DNA of 64,000 nt, from the NCBI GenBank assembly GCA_963696535.1, contig CAVOKP010000017.1:20440-84439 (forward strand), read 5' to 3'. Numbering within the stretch: position 1 is the first letter of the stretch; each line of letters begins with the position of its first letter. This document shows positions 1 to 10,300 of this stretch, one piece after another. The stretch is from an uncultured Bacteroidales bacterium (GTDB taxonomy: Bacteria > Bacteroidota > Bacteroidia > Bacteroidales > VadinHA17). The notes beneath the pieces were generated by a model. The model was given only the letters and a program-made list of their open reading frames with translations. It did no database searches and was not told the origin of the DNA. The translations under genes were made by a program, and so were the position numbers.

Positions 1-1
1 C

Positions 2-592
2 TCGATGGCCGTGGAATACCTTTCACAGCTTACCGGAAGGGGTCTCACTCCTGATGAGATCGCGCCCAGAATGCGCTTCAGCTTTGGCATCGGAACGGAC
101 TTTTTCATGGAAATCGCAAAGCTCAGGGCTGCCAGGATCCTCTGGTCGCTGGTTACCGATGCATACCACCCGGAAAACCCGGGAAGCTTCAGGATGGAGA
201 TACACTCGGTCACGAAAGTCTGGAACGATACAGTTACGGACCCTTACATCAATATGCTCAGGACGCAGACTGAAGCCATGTCGGCAGTGCTTGGAGGCAC
301 CGACTCACTTACCGTCAACCCTTTCGACATTGCCAATTGCCCGCCTGACGAGTTCTCGGAAAGGATAGCCCGGAACCAGCAACTGATACTCAGGGAGGAG
401 GCATGGTTCGACAAGGTCGCTGATCCTTCCTCCGGATCCTGGTATATTGAAAACCTGACTTCACTGATCGCTGATAATGCATGGAAATTATTTATCGAAG
501 TCGAGAATATGGGAGGATTTCTGTCGGCGCTGAATTCAGGTTTCATAACCGAAAATATGAAAGGTTTTGCACCGGAGAGAACAAAAAATTAA
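2..592 (+). CDS. mutA: methylmalonyl-CoA mutase small (beta) subunit, C-terminal part; the 5' end lies outside the window
   Basis: The ORF is open to the window edge. FFMEIAKLRAARILW and IARNQQLILREE are paralogous to [14 protein letters not shown] and [12 protein letters not shown] in the next gene. It stops 4 nt before mutB. Confidence 0.8.
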   Translation, partial: SMAVEYLSQLTGRGLTPDEIAPRMRFSFGIGTDFFMEIAKLRAARILWSLVTDAYHPENPGSFRMEIHSVTKVWNDTVTDPYINMLRTQTEAMSAVLGGTDSLTVNPFDIANCPPDEFSERIARNQQLILREEAWFDKVADPSSGSWYIENLTSLIADNAWKLFIEVENMGGFLSALNSGFITENMKGFAPERTKN

Positions 593-595
593 ATT

Positions 596-2017
596 ATGCG
601 ACCACAATTCAAATATACCGATCTGAGAAACAAGCAGTTTAGGGGAGTTGACGTTCATTCTTCAGGTGATTTCAGGGATCCATGGATAACACCTGAGAAT
701 ATAGAGGTAAGGAACATATATTCAAAAGATGATCTTGAAGGAATGGAGCATCTCGATTATGCTGCAGGAATACCGCCGTTTCTGAGGGGACCTTATTCGG
801 TTATGTATGTCATGCAGCCCTGGACAATAAGACAATATGCAGGGTTTTCGACAGCAGAGGAGTCGAATGCCTTTTACAGGAGAAATCTTGCGGGCGGACA
901 GAAGGGCCTTTCGGTTGCCTTCGATCTCCCTACCCACCGCGGATATGATTCCGATCATAAGCGTGTTGCCGGCGATGTGGGAAAAGCCGGTGTGGCTGTC
1001 GATTCAATCCTCGATATGAAGATCCTGTTCGACAGCATTCCACTTAACAGGATGTCGGTTTCGATGACAATGAACGGAGCCGTTCTTCCCATTATGGCCT
1101 TTTACATTGTTGCTGCCATTGAACAGGGAGCAAAACCGGAAGAGCTTTCAGGTACCATCCAGAATGATATCCTCAAGGAATTCATGGTAAGGAACACTTA
1201 TATCTATCCGCCTGAATTCTCCATGCGAATTACGGCTGATATATTCAGATACACTTCAGCCAGGATGCCAAAGTTCAATTCCATCAGCATTTCAGGATAT
1301 CATATGCAGGAAGCCGGAGCAACCTGCGATATTGAACTTGCCTATACACTTGCCGACGGACTTGAGTATCTGAGGGCAGGTGTAAATGCAGGGCTCGATA
1401 TCGATGATTTTGCGCCCAGGCTATCCTTTTTCTGGGGAATCGGCATGAACCATTTCATGGAGATAGCAAAAATGAGGGCGGCAAGGATGCTGTGGGCAAA
1501 GATCGTAAGCGGGTTCAATCCCAAAAACCCAAAATCGCTCGCCCTGAGAACCCATTGCCAGACTTCGGGATGGAGCCTTACCGAACAGGACCCCTACAAC
1601 AATATCGGCAGGACAGCAATAGAAGCAATGGCTGCAGCCCTGGGACATACACAGAGCCTTCATACAAATGCCCTGGATGAGGCACTTGCCCTTCCGACTG
1701 ATTTCTCGGCACGGATAGCAAGAAACACCCAGATATATCTTCAGGAAGAGACAAATATCTGCAAATCGGTCGATCCGTGGGCAGGTTCATATTATGTTGA
1801 AACCCTTACAAATGAAATGGCCCACAGGGCATGGGACCTTATTGAGGAGATCGAAAACCTTGGAGGAATGGCTAAGGCAATTGAATCGGGCGTTCCGAAA
1901 ATGAGGATAGAAGAGGCAGCTGCAAGGGCACAGGCCAGAATCGACTCAGGTTTGCAGACAATTGTCGGGACCAACAAATACAGGCTTGATAAGGAGGATC
2001 CGATGGAGACTTCTTGA
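596..2017 (+). CDS. mutB: methylmalonyl-CoA mutase large subunit, catalytic TIM-barrel portion, ended by an in-frame TGA in the inter-domain linker
   Basis: 473 aa with typical MCM strings ([57 protein letters not shown]). It ends at ...[14 protein letters not shown]. Confidence 0.9.
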   Translation: MRPQFKYTDLRNKQFRGVDVHSSGDFRDPWITPENIEVRNIYSKDDLEGMEHLDYAAGIPPFLRGPYSVMYVMQPWTIRQYAGFSTAEESNAFYRRNLAGGQKGLSVAFDLPTHRGYDSDHKRVAGDVGKAGVAVDSILDMKILFDSIPLNRMSVSMTMNGAVLPIMAFYIVAAIEQGAKPEELSGTIQNDILKEFMVRNTYIYPPEFSMRITADIFRYTSARMPKFNSISISGYHMQEAGATCDIELAYTLADGLEYLRAGVNAGLDIDDFAPRLSFFWGIGMNHFMEIAKMRAARMLWAKIVSGFNPKNPKSLALRTHCQTSGWSLTEQDPYNNIGRTAIEAMAAALGHTQSLHTNALDEALALPTDFSARIARNTQIYLQEETNICKSVDPWAGSYYVETLTNEMAHRAWDLIEEIENLGGMAKAIESGVPKMRIEEAAARAQARIDSGLQTIVGTNKYRLDKEDPMETS

Positions 2018-2032
2018 GGTGGATAACACTCA

Positions 2033-2740
2033 GTGAGGGATTCCCAGATAAAAAGGCTCGAAAAGCTCAGGGCCGGAAGGAATGAAAAGGAATGTACGGA
2101 GGCTCTGGAGGCGATTACAAAATGTGTTGATACGGGGGAAGGCAATCTTCTTGAACTGGCGGTTGATGCTGCGGCAAAAAGGGCCACTCTTGGAGAAATA
2201 TCTTATGCATGTGAAAAAATAGTCGGGAGGTACAAAGCAGTGATACGAACAATTTCAGGAGCTTATTCATCAGAATATAAGTCAGACAATGAGTTTGAGG
2301 AAGCCAGGGCCATGGCGCAAAGATTTGCTGAAAAGGAGGGCCGGCAGCCCAGGATAATGATCGCCAAGATCGGCCAGGATGGCCATGACCGGGGGGCAAA
2401 AGTCGTTTCAACCGGATATGCCGACATAGGTTTTGATGTTGATATCGGACCGTTGTTCCAGACCCCGGCCGAAGCAGCAAAACAGGCGGTCGAGAATGAT
2501 GTCCATGTTCTCGGGGTGTCGAGCCTTGCTGCGGGCCATAAAACCCTTATCCCGCAGGTGATGGATGAACTGCGGAAGCTTGGGAGGGAGGATATACTTG
2601 TTATTGCAGGTGGTGTTATCCCTCCGCAGGATTACAATTTCCTCTATGATGCCGGTGTGGCAGCAATTTTCGGACCCGGAACATCAGTTGCAAAGGCTGC
2701 GCGACAGATCCTTGAGATACTCCTTAATGCATTTGAGTAA
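2033..2740 (+). CDS. mutB: methylmalonyl-CoA mutase large subunit, C-terminal cobalamin-binding domain; a GTG-initiated ORF in the same frame as 596..2017
   Basis: Carries the DxHxxG cobalamin-ligand motif (GQDGHDRGAK) and GVSSLAAGH, plus a linker typical of full-length MutB (RDSQIKRLEKLRA). Confidence 0.85.
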   Translation: MRDSQIKRLEKLRAGRNEKECTEALEAITKCVDTGEGNLLELAVDAAAKRATLGEISYACEKIVGRYKAVIRTISGAYSSEYKSDNEFEEARAMAQRFAEKEGRQPRIMIAKIGQDGHDRGAKVVSTGYADIGFDVDIGPLFQTPAEAAKQAVENDVHVLGVSSLAAGHKTLIPQVMDELRKLGREDILVIAGGVIPPQDYNFLYDAGVAAIFGPGTSVAKAARQILEILLNAFE

Positions 2741-2773
2741 AAAATATTATATTGGCTGAAAACGTTCCATACA

Positions 2774-3334
2774 ATGAATAAAATACCTTGCTGCTGTTAT
2801 TTTATTAACACTGTTGATGGTGGTTGCAGGACCGTAAAACAAGCAGCTAATCTCAAACTGCCGTGAAGCGCACCTGAGGAAAACCAGGCAGTAAATTTTC
2901 GGAACCTCGGCACATGGCTCCTGGGTTACATTAAATGCCGGCCAGTTATCACAGCCGCCTCATTCGGACTGGTTCATGAAAGGTTTTGAAGAGTATATTC
3001 CCGATCATGATGTTATAACAAAACTGGGAGGGATCGACAAGAAGGACCTTTCAGTAAAAATAGTGCTGGGCACATGGTGTCCCGACAGCAGGAGGGAGGT
3101 CCCGCGTTTCATGAAAATAGCGGACCTCTGGCGATTTCCTGCCGGTAATATGATTTTTTTGGGTGTCGACAATTCCAAGATAGCCCCGGTTGGGGAATAT
3201 GACACACTTCAGATCGAAAGGGTGCCGACTTTCATAATTATAAGAAAAAAGTTGAAACCGGACGCATCATTGAAAATCCTGTCACGTCTTTAGAGCAGGA
3301 TATGTTGAATATTCTGACCAGGAATGAAAAATAA
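2774..3334 (+). pseudogene. thioredoxin-fold protein (TlpA/DUF-type, single Cys WCPDS motif), broken by several frameshifts
   Basis: A signal-peptide-like start (MNKI..LAAVILLTLLMVVAG) is readable only after a frame change. The core ORF is 2976..3293 (GTWCPDSRREVPRF, ERVPTF). The C-terminal end (VETGRIIENPVTSLEQDMLNILTRNEK*) lies in another frame after an A6 run near 3245-3250. Confidence 0.6.
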
Positions 3335-3352
3335 CGAAACCAATTAAACGTC

Positions 3353-3894
3353 ATGGAAGATTTTACAACCAATACATCACAATCCCGGGAACCGCTTCCG
3401 GGTCAGACACCCCGGCCACCCGCCGGGCAGAATCTGGGGATAGCAGCCCTGATCACAGCCATCGTGACCTTTGTTCTTTCAGTGATCCCCTGCGTGGGCA
3501 TTATCGCAATTGTTCCGGGGATAATTGCAGTAGTGCTTGCATCAATAGGGCTGTCACAGGCTTCGCGGAATGATTCACCCCGAGGTGTACTGGTGGCCGC
3601 ATTGATAATCGGTGTTGTCGCAACAATGATCGCTTTCTCACAGATATTCGTCGCCGGAAAGATTGGTGAAAAGTTCGAGAAAAACTGGGGAGGGAGATCG
3701 AAAATGTCATCAGGGATGTACAGAAAAATGTCATTGACGAGCTTGAGGATGCCAATGTTTCAATTAAAGTTGAAAGCGGCGACGAAAAAGTGGAAATAAA
3801 CGTTGGTGAAGGCAAGGCGGATCGTGAGAAAGAGCTCGAGGAGCTTGAGGAAGCCAATACCGGGATCAATGACAGCCTCAAAACTAAAGAGTAA
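3353..3894 (+). pseudogene. DUF4190-like small membrane protein with an acidic coiled C-terminal tail; frameshift in an A5 run near 3680-3684
   Basis: Two hydrophobic helices (IAALITAIVTFVLSVIPCVGIIAIVPGIIAVVLASIG, VLVAALIIGVVATMIAF) are present. After EKFEK the plausible continuation LGREIENVIRDVQKNVIDELEDANVSIKVE...TKE* is in the -1 frame and ends at 3894. Confidence 0.55.
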
Positions 3895-4327
3895 CTCTTT
3901 TTCTTTTGACCGGTCCCTGTTCCGGAGCGAACCATACCTTATAATAAATATCATTTTAACCGGAGTAGTAATTCTTGTATTTGCCTATTCCGGCTTCTTT
4001 TCACCCATAAAGGACAACTATCCTGTTGTCTGTATTCATGAGAAACTAACAGGCGAACCATGTGTTTCATGCGGATTGTCGCATAGTTTTTCCCTTATTC
4101 TGAAAGGCAGGATTTCAGAAGCTTACGAATGGAATGCCTACGGACTAAGGGTATTCATCTTTTTTGCCGGACAGCTGTTGATGAGAATCGTGTTTTCATT
4201 ATTCTATATTAAAAACCCCGGATCCGGGAAATATCTTATTGTATATGATTCAGTCGTTTCAGCAATGTTTTTCATTGTGTCGTTCCTTCCTTTTATGGAG
4301 TGGGTATTTAAACAGTTTCTCCTTTAA
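3869..4327 (+). CDS. DUF2752-like membrane protein
   Basis: Has a CxxCG motif (EPCVSCGLSHSF) between hydrophobic helices. The internal ATG at 3869 is preferred because the upstream part of ORF 3803.. overlaps the real tail of the previous gene. Confidence 0.55.
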   Translation: MTASKLKSNSFSFDRSLFRSEPYLIINIILTGVVILVFAYSGFFSPIKDNYPVVCIHEKLTGEPCVSCGLSHSFSLILKGRISEAYEWNAYGLRVFIFFAGQLLMRIVFSLFYIKNPGSGKYLIVYDSVVSAMFFIVSFLPFMEWVFKQFLL

Positions 4328-4360
4328 TAACCCCTAACCGCCTAAGTGGTGCTTTCCCGA

Positions 4361-4418
4361 GGCTCCCCTCCCGGGAGAGGCCGGGGGTGGGTTTAAACGG
4401 GCACGGATTGCAAATCCG
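4361..4418. repeat. intergenic hairpin repeats: one GGCTCCCCTCC-loop-GGAGxGGC + GGGGGTGGGTTT unit, then a CGGATT-GCA-AATCCG hairpin
   Basis: ggctcccctcccgggagaggccgggggtgggttt (4361-4394) belongs to the same family as 7313-7346, 38566-38671, 40668-40744 and 42806-42911. It lies between convergent genes. Confidence 0.8.
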
Positions 4419-4429
4419 CGCCAGCGGAA

Positions 4430-4927
4430 TCAGTCGATTTCGTTAAGGATATCGTACAAAATCTGACTCTCAAACCCCTTTGAAAGGCCGAACCTCATCA
4501 GTTTCCCCTTAAGATCGTACTGGTTCTTTGCCTTAATGAGTTTCCTGTGGGAGTTCAGGGTATCAGCGATCATCTGCCTGTACTGGTCATCATCGAGCAA
4601 TGAAAGAGCGTTGCTTATCACTTCCGGATCAATGTTCTTTGACTTAAGGTGTGCGGAAATTTTCAGTTTTCCCCATTTGTTGTGGCGGTATTTATCTCTG
4701 ACAAACGATTCGGCATACCTTTGATCATTTATAAAATTCTCCCTGATAAGTGTATCTATGACACTTATTGAATCAGGAGTGCTTAAACCCCATGACTCAA
4801 GTTTTGAACGAATGTCGTTGCTGCACTGTTCACTCTTTGCACAGATGGCCATCGCCTTTCCAAGGGCTGTTTTGATGGTCTCCTTTTCAGGACCTTTTAC
4901 TTCCGGTTGCGAATCTCTCTTTTCCAT
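4430..4927 (-). CDS. recX: recombination regulator RecX
   Basis: 165 aa of RecX-type helical repeats (DQRYAESFVRDKYRHNKWGKLKISAHLKSKNI). Confidence 0.8.
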   Translation of the reverse strand: MEKRDSQPEVKGPEKETIKTALGKAMAICAKSEQCSNDIRSKLESWGLSTPDSISVIDTLIRENFINDQRYAESFVRDKYRHNKWGKLKISAHLKSKNIDPEVISNALSLLDDDQYRQMIADTLNSHRKLIKAKNQYDLKGKLMRFGLSKGFESQILYDILNEID

Positions 4928-5756
4928 TTATATCCTTTATGATTCTTATTTCACCGTAATTGAACGATCTCAGAAGATCATGAACCTGTTTGCCCATCGA
5001 TTCATTGATCTCAAAATAAATTGCCCCTCCCGGATCAAGGGCATTAGCTGCAAACCGGAGGATTGCCCTGTAGAATCTCAATGGATCATCGTCTGGTACA
5101 AACAATGCCCCGTAGGGTTCAAAGTCAAGAACATTGCGATGCATGAACTGTTTCTCCGAATTCCTGACATAGGGCGGGTTGCTTACAATCAGGCCTGCAG
5201 TGAGGGTTTCTGAATAACCGGTTTTAAAAATATCTGCCTCCAGGAATGAAATTTCAGCATTATTAAGTGCTGCATTAATGATAGAGGTTTTTATTGCTCG
5301 CTTTGATCTGTCAATCCCGGTAACCATCGAAGAGGGCAGGCTTTTTGCAAGGGCAACTGCAATGCAGCCCGACCCGGTTCCGACATCAATTATCCTGCCG
5401 GCAAATCCTTTGTTCTCACTTACAATCAGGTCTACAAACTCTTCAGTCTCGTGACGGGGGATCAATACTCCCCGGCTGACTTTAATCGTGCAGCCATAGA
5501 AAGATGTTTCACCTGTAACATACTGAACAGGTTCGCCTCTTTTCAACCTCCTGCAGTAATTAACCGCCATCCCGGCTTCCTTCCTTCCGGCCACTATTTC
5601 GTTTTCCCTCAGCATTGAAGCGATTCCGGAGAGTTTAAAGATTTTCGAAACGATGATACCTGATATGGCTGCAGATTCCTGGTAAGAGTACAAGCCGGAA
5701 AGTTCTGAGGAGATATAGTTCCTGATATCTTTTATTGTTTGTAATTTAACAGCCAT
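4887..5756 (-). CDS. prmC: peptide chain release factor N5-glutamine methyltransferase
   Basis: SAM-binding motif DVGTGSGCIAV and catalytic NPPY (IVSNPPYV). It overlaps the recX start by about 40 nt. Confidence 0.85.
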   Translation of the reverse strand: MAVKLQTIKDIRNYISSELSGLYSYQESAAISGIIVSKIFKLSGIASMLRENEIVAGRKEAGMAVNYCRRLKRGEPVQYVTGETSFYGCTIKVSRGVLIPRHETEEFVDLIVSENKGFAGRIIDVGTGSGCIAVALAKSLPSSMVTGIDRSKRAIKTSIINAALNNAEISFLEADIFKTGYSETLTAGLIVSNPPYVRNSEKQFMHRNVLDFEPYGALFVPDDDPLRFYRAILRFAANALDPGGAIYFEINESMGKQVHDLLRSFNYGEIRIIKDINGKERFATGSKRS

Positions 5757-5782
5757 AAGCCAAAATTAGCACTTTCGTAGAG

Positions 5783-6835
5783 ATGGCTGCAGCCGACGAC
5801 CTTAAATTCATGCAAAGATGCCTTGAGCTGGCAATGAAGGCAGAGGGAAGGACTTATCCCAATCCCCTTGTAGGTGCTGTGATAGTGCATGATGGAAGGA
5901 TAATAGGTGAAGGATACCATATGAAAGCCGGAGGGCCCCATGCCGAAGTGAGGGCTGTCGATTCTGTAAGGGAAAGGAGTCTGCTGCCATTATCATCAAT
6001 CTACGTGAACCTGGAGCCATGTTCGCATTTCGGAAAGACGCCTCCATGTGCCGATCTGATAGTTTCTCAAAAAATTCCGGTAGTTGTTGTGGGAACGGCC
6101 GACACCAGCAGCAAGGTTTCAGGAAGGGGACTGTCGAAACTGAGGGAGTCCGGATGCAGGGTCATTCTTGGTGTGGCGGAGGATGATTGCAGGAAAATAA
6201 ACAAGCGGTTTTTCACATTCCACGAAAAAAGAAGGCCTTACATAATTTTAAAATGGGCGCAGAGCGCTGATGGATTTATCGACATTGACAGGGAGACGCG
6301 AAGGATTACCGGACCGGGATGGATAACCGGCAAGCCGGAACGGGTACTGGTTCATAAATGGAGGGCTGAAGAGCAGGCCATACTCGTCGGTGCTGAAACT
6401 GTCCGTATCGATGATCCGCTCCTTAATGTAAGGGAATGGAGAGGTTCCAATCCTGTACGTGTAATATTATCAGGATCGGGGATATTGCCCGAAGAGCCTG
6501 CCATGAACAGGGTGATCGGTTCACAGGTTATTTTTTCATTTTTCCCCGAGAAGATAAATTTCCCGGGAGCAGTAGTGGTAAAGCTCAACAGGAATGAACC
6601 CTCTGCAGTGCAGATAATCGATTACCTTTACGGGTGGGGAATCCAGTCGCTCTTTATAGAAGGGGGAGCGGGTGTCCTGAATCACTTTATTAGCCTGGGA
6701 TTATGGGATGAGGCGAGGATCTTTACCGGCGGCCGGAAATATGGTAATGGGATTAAAGCTCCTGAGATTGGCAGAACCGCTTTGCTGAAAACAGAATTTG
6801 AAAACAGCAGGCTGGAAATACTGCCTAACAGTTAA
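5783..6835 (+). CDS. ribD: bifunctional riboflavin biosynthesis deaminase/reductase RibD
   Basis: CDA zinc motifs HAEVRA and PCSHFGKTPPC, followed by a reductase domain (ILKWAQSADGFI). Confidence 0.9.
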   Translation: MAAADDLKFMQRCLELAMKAEGRTYPNPLVGAVIVHDGRIIGEGYHMKAGGPHAEVRAVDSVRERSLLPLSSIYVNLEPCSHFGKTPPCADLIVSQKIPVVVVGTADTSSKVSGRGLSKLRESGCRVILGVAEDDCRKINKRFFTFHEKRRPYIILKWAQSADGFIDIDRETRRITGPGWITGKPERVLVHKWRAEEQAILVGAETVRIDDPLLNVREWRGSNPVRVILSGSGILPEEPAMNRVIGSQVIFSFFPEKINFPGAVVVKLNRNEPSAVQIIDYLYGWGIQSLFIEGGAGVLNHFISLGLWDEARIFTGGRKYGNGIKAPEIGRTALLKTEFENSRLEILPNS

Positions 6836-6890
6836 CATTTATTCATGCTGATTGAGGCGGAAGGAACACAAACAGTCATTAAGTGACTGG

Positions 6891-7211
6891 CTATTGCAGC
6901 AGGGCGTTTATCTTATTGACAAAATTGGTTTTGGGTACAGCTCCGACCTGTTTGTCGGCAACCTTCCCGTTTTTAAAGAAAAGCACGGTTGGGATATTCC
7001 TTATTCCGAATCTTGAAGCCACCCCCGGGCTGTTGTCCACATCACATTTTCCAACCAGGAGCTTGCCGGTAAATTCCCTTGAAAGCTCTTCAATTGCAGG
7101 CGCTATCATCCTGCATGGACCGCACCACTCTGCCCAGAAATCAACCATCACAGGAATTTCTGATTTGAGAACTATCTCGTCGAAGTTGCTGTCATTTACC
7201 TCTAATGCCAT
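6891..7211 (-). CDS. trxA: thioredoxin
   Basis: 106 aa with a WCGPC active site (FWAEWCGPCRM). Confidence 0.95.
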   Translation of the reverse strand: MALEVNDSNFDEIVLKSEIPVMVDFWAEWCGPCRMIAPAIEELSREFTGKLLVGKCDVDNSPGVASRFGIRNIPTVLFFKNGKVADKQVGAVPKTNFVNKINALLQ

Positions 7212-7261
7212 GTTTTTTATTTTTTAAGGATGTAAAGATATGAATTTAATTTATGTTGGTG

Positions 7262-7388
7262 TATAAGACCGATGACAGATGACAGATGACCGAGGACCGA
7301 AGCAATCCACAAGGCTCCCCTCCCTGGAGGGGCTGGGGGTGGGTTTCTTGTCGAAGACCAAACCAGCAACCAGTAACCAGCCCCCTTA
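7262..7388. repeat. composite intergenic repeat: heptamer-word tracts flanking a GGCTCCCCTCC hairpin unit
   Basis: gatgacagatgacagatgaccgaggaccga, then ggctcccctccctggaggggctgggggtgggttt (7313-7346), then gaagaccaaaccagcaaccagtaaccagc. Confidence 0.75.
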
Positions 7389-7390
7389 AG

Positions 7391-10300
7391 CTAATTTACC
7401 TTATACTCTAGTCCGGGATAGTCATCAAGAAAAGTGATCAGTTCGTTGTTCAGCCTTACCCTCATTGTGCGTGAAAACATTGAAAGGGATATCTTGTCTT
7501 CCGGATCAAAGAATATAAACTTCAGTTCCGTTGACCCCTTGTTCTCCTTAACCATTTCCATAAGACTGCTGATAAGTTCCATGCTGATGTTTTCAGGATT
7601 AATCTTCAGGGTCACCGATTTGATAAGCTCGTCCTTTACGCTTGAAAGCAGGTTGATGGTTTTGATGTGGAATTCAAGCTCATCTTCCCGGTATTTACGT
7701 TTCTGGACCCTCCCCTTTACAAGAAGGTAATACCCGATATTAAAGAATTTGCTGAACTCAAGGTATTCCTTATCGAACATCATGAACCTGAATGAATCGG
7801 TATAATCCTGCAGGGTGAAAGATCCGTAAGGCTTTCCGTTTTTGCCTGTGCCGTTTTTCGTATCTGTCACCATTCCCGCCACAACCACATCCCTGTCATT
7901 AAACTCGCTGAGATTCTGAAGATCAGCCAGTGTGGCAGTCGTAAATGTATTTATCTCAAGCCTGAAATCATCGAGAGGGTGCGATGAGAGATAAATGCCT
8001 ATGACCTCCTTTTCCCTGTTAAGCTTTTCCAGCTTTGGCCAGTCGGGGCAGGGAGCGGCCTCCGGTTTGATAATGTCAAATCCGCCCGACCCTCCGAAAA
8101 GAGTCTGCTGGCTCGATTGTTTCACAATCTTGGCGTTGTTTCCGTATCTTATAAGGTTCTCAATAAAGCTTACACCCCTTGTGTCGGTCGAGAAATACTG
8201 AGCCCTGGAGATATTGGTGAAACAATCGAATGCCCCGGCCACTGCCATAGCCTCAAGGTTTTTCTTGTTGAGCGCATTAAGGTTAACCCTTTCAACAAGA
8301 TCATAAATGCTTTTGTAAATACCGTTTTCTTCCCTCTCCTTAATCATCTGAAGAACAGCGCTTTCTCCAACACCTTTTATGCCTCCGAGACCGAACCTCA
8401 GATTCCCCTCCCTGTTGACCGTGAATTTGACATAGCTTTCGTTTACATCAGGGCCAAGAACCTCCATTCCCATCCTGCGGGTCTCATCCATGAATATTGT
8501 TATCTTCTTGATATCACTTATATTGCGGCTCAGGACAGCTGCCATGTATTCAGCCGGATGGTGTGCCTTGAGATATCCGGTCTGATAAGCAATCAGTGCG
8601 TAGCATGTCGAATGTGATTTGTTGAAGGCATACTGGGCGAAAGCTTCCCAGTCGGACCATATTTTGTTCACAATGGTTTCATCGTAGCCTTTCTTTCCGC
8701 AACCCTCCCTGAATTTAAGGTTCATTTCATCCATGATGGACTTTTTCTTTTTACCCATCGCTTTCCGGAGATTGTCGGCCTCCCCTTTTGTAAAGCCTGC
8801 AAGTTCCTGTGAAAGAAGCATCACCTGTTCCTGGTAAACAGTGATCCCGTATGAATCATTGAGATATTTCTCCATTACCGGCAGGGGACAATCTATGGGT
8901 TCCAGACCCAGTTTCCTCCTGATAAATTTCGGGATATACTCCATTGGTCCGGGACGGTAAAGTGCGTTCATGGCGATCAGATCCTCGAACCTGTTGGGTT
9001 TAAGTTCGCGCAGATAACGTTTCATTCCCGTTGATTCAAACTGGAAAATGCCTGTGGTTTCTCCGTTGCTGAAAAGCTCGAATGTCTTTTTATCATCAAG
9101 GGGCAGATTATCAATATCGATGTCGATACCCTTCGACCGTTTTATGTTTTCCACACAATCCTTGATGATCGACAGTGTTTTAAGACCCAGGAAATCCATT
9201 TTGAGCAGACCAACCTGTCCGACCTGGCTCCCGTCGTACTGGGTGGCATAAAGATCGGTGTCCTTTGCGGTGCACAACGGAATATAGTTATCGAGCGATT
9301 CCTTGCCGATTATTATCCCGCAGGCATGTATCCCGGTCTGCCTGACCGAACCCTCAAGGACCTCTGCAAACTTGAGTGTCTGGGCGATAAGCTTGTTTGA
9401 TGAGTTCCTTTCCCTTGCAAGCTCAGGTACCTCGGCATATGCTGCAGACAGTGTAACCCCGGGCCTGTCGGGAACCATCTTTGCCAACCGGTCGGCATCA
9501 GCAAGGGGAAGCTTCTGCACCCTTGCGACATCCCTGATTGCAAGCTTGGCCGCCATGGTCCCGAATGTTATTATATGGGCCACCTTGTCGTGACCGTATT
9601 TGTCCACAACATATTTCAGAACCTTTTCCCTTCCATCTTCGTCAAAATCAATATCGATATCAGGCATGGAGATACGGTCGAGATTAAGAAACCTTTCGAA
9701 CAGAAGTCCGTATTTTATGGGATCTATGTCTGTGATCCTAAGGCAGAAGGCAACCGCGGAACCTGCAGCTGAACCTCTTCCCGGCCCCACTGACACATCC
9801 ATGTCCCTGGCTGCCTTCAGGAAGTCCTGGACAATCAGGAAATAGCCAGGGAATCCCATTTTTGCAATAGTATCGAGTTCAAACTCCAGGCGTTCCATCT
9901 GCTCATCAGTCAGCTTTCCCCATCTCTCCTTTGCACCCTGGTAGGTAAGATACCTCAGGTATTCATTATCATCGGTATAGCCTTCAGGCAATTCAAAATC
10001 GGGCATTATCGGATCGTGGTCGAGTTTGTATTTTTCAATCTTATCAACCAGGTCGCCGACATTGTCGATGGCCTCGGGAATATCACTGAAGATACTCCTC
10101 ATTTCCTCCTCTGTTTTCAGATATTCCTGCCGGGAGTATCTCAGCCTGTCAGGATCATCAATATCCTTTGCGGTGTTAAGGCAGATCAGCCTGTCGTGAG
10201 CTTCAGCGTCACCGGCATTGATGAAGTGAACGTCGTTTGTGGCAATTATCCTGACATTGTACTTTGCAGCGAATTCCCTGAAGACCCCGATCACTTTCTG

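Noticed and set aside
5757-5782. Possible FMN riboswitch ahead of ribD, and a cobalamin riboswitch ahead of the TonB-dependent receptor (49115-49207)
   Set aside because: The spacers are only about 26 nt and about 90 nt. They lack the conserved riboswitch cores (no B12-box-like or FMN aptamer strings visible).
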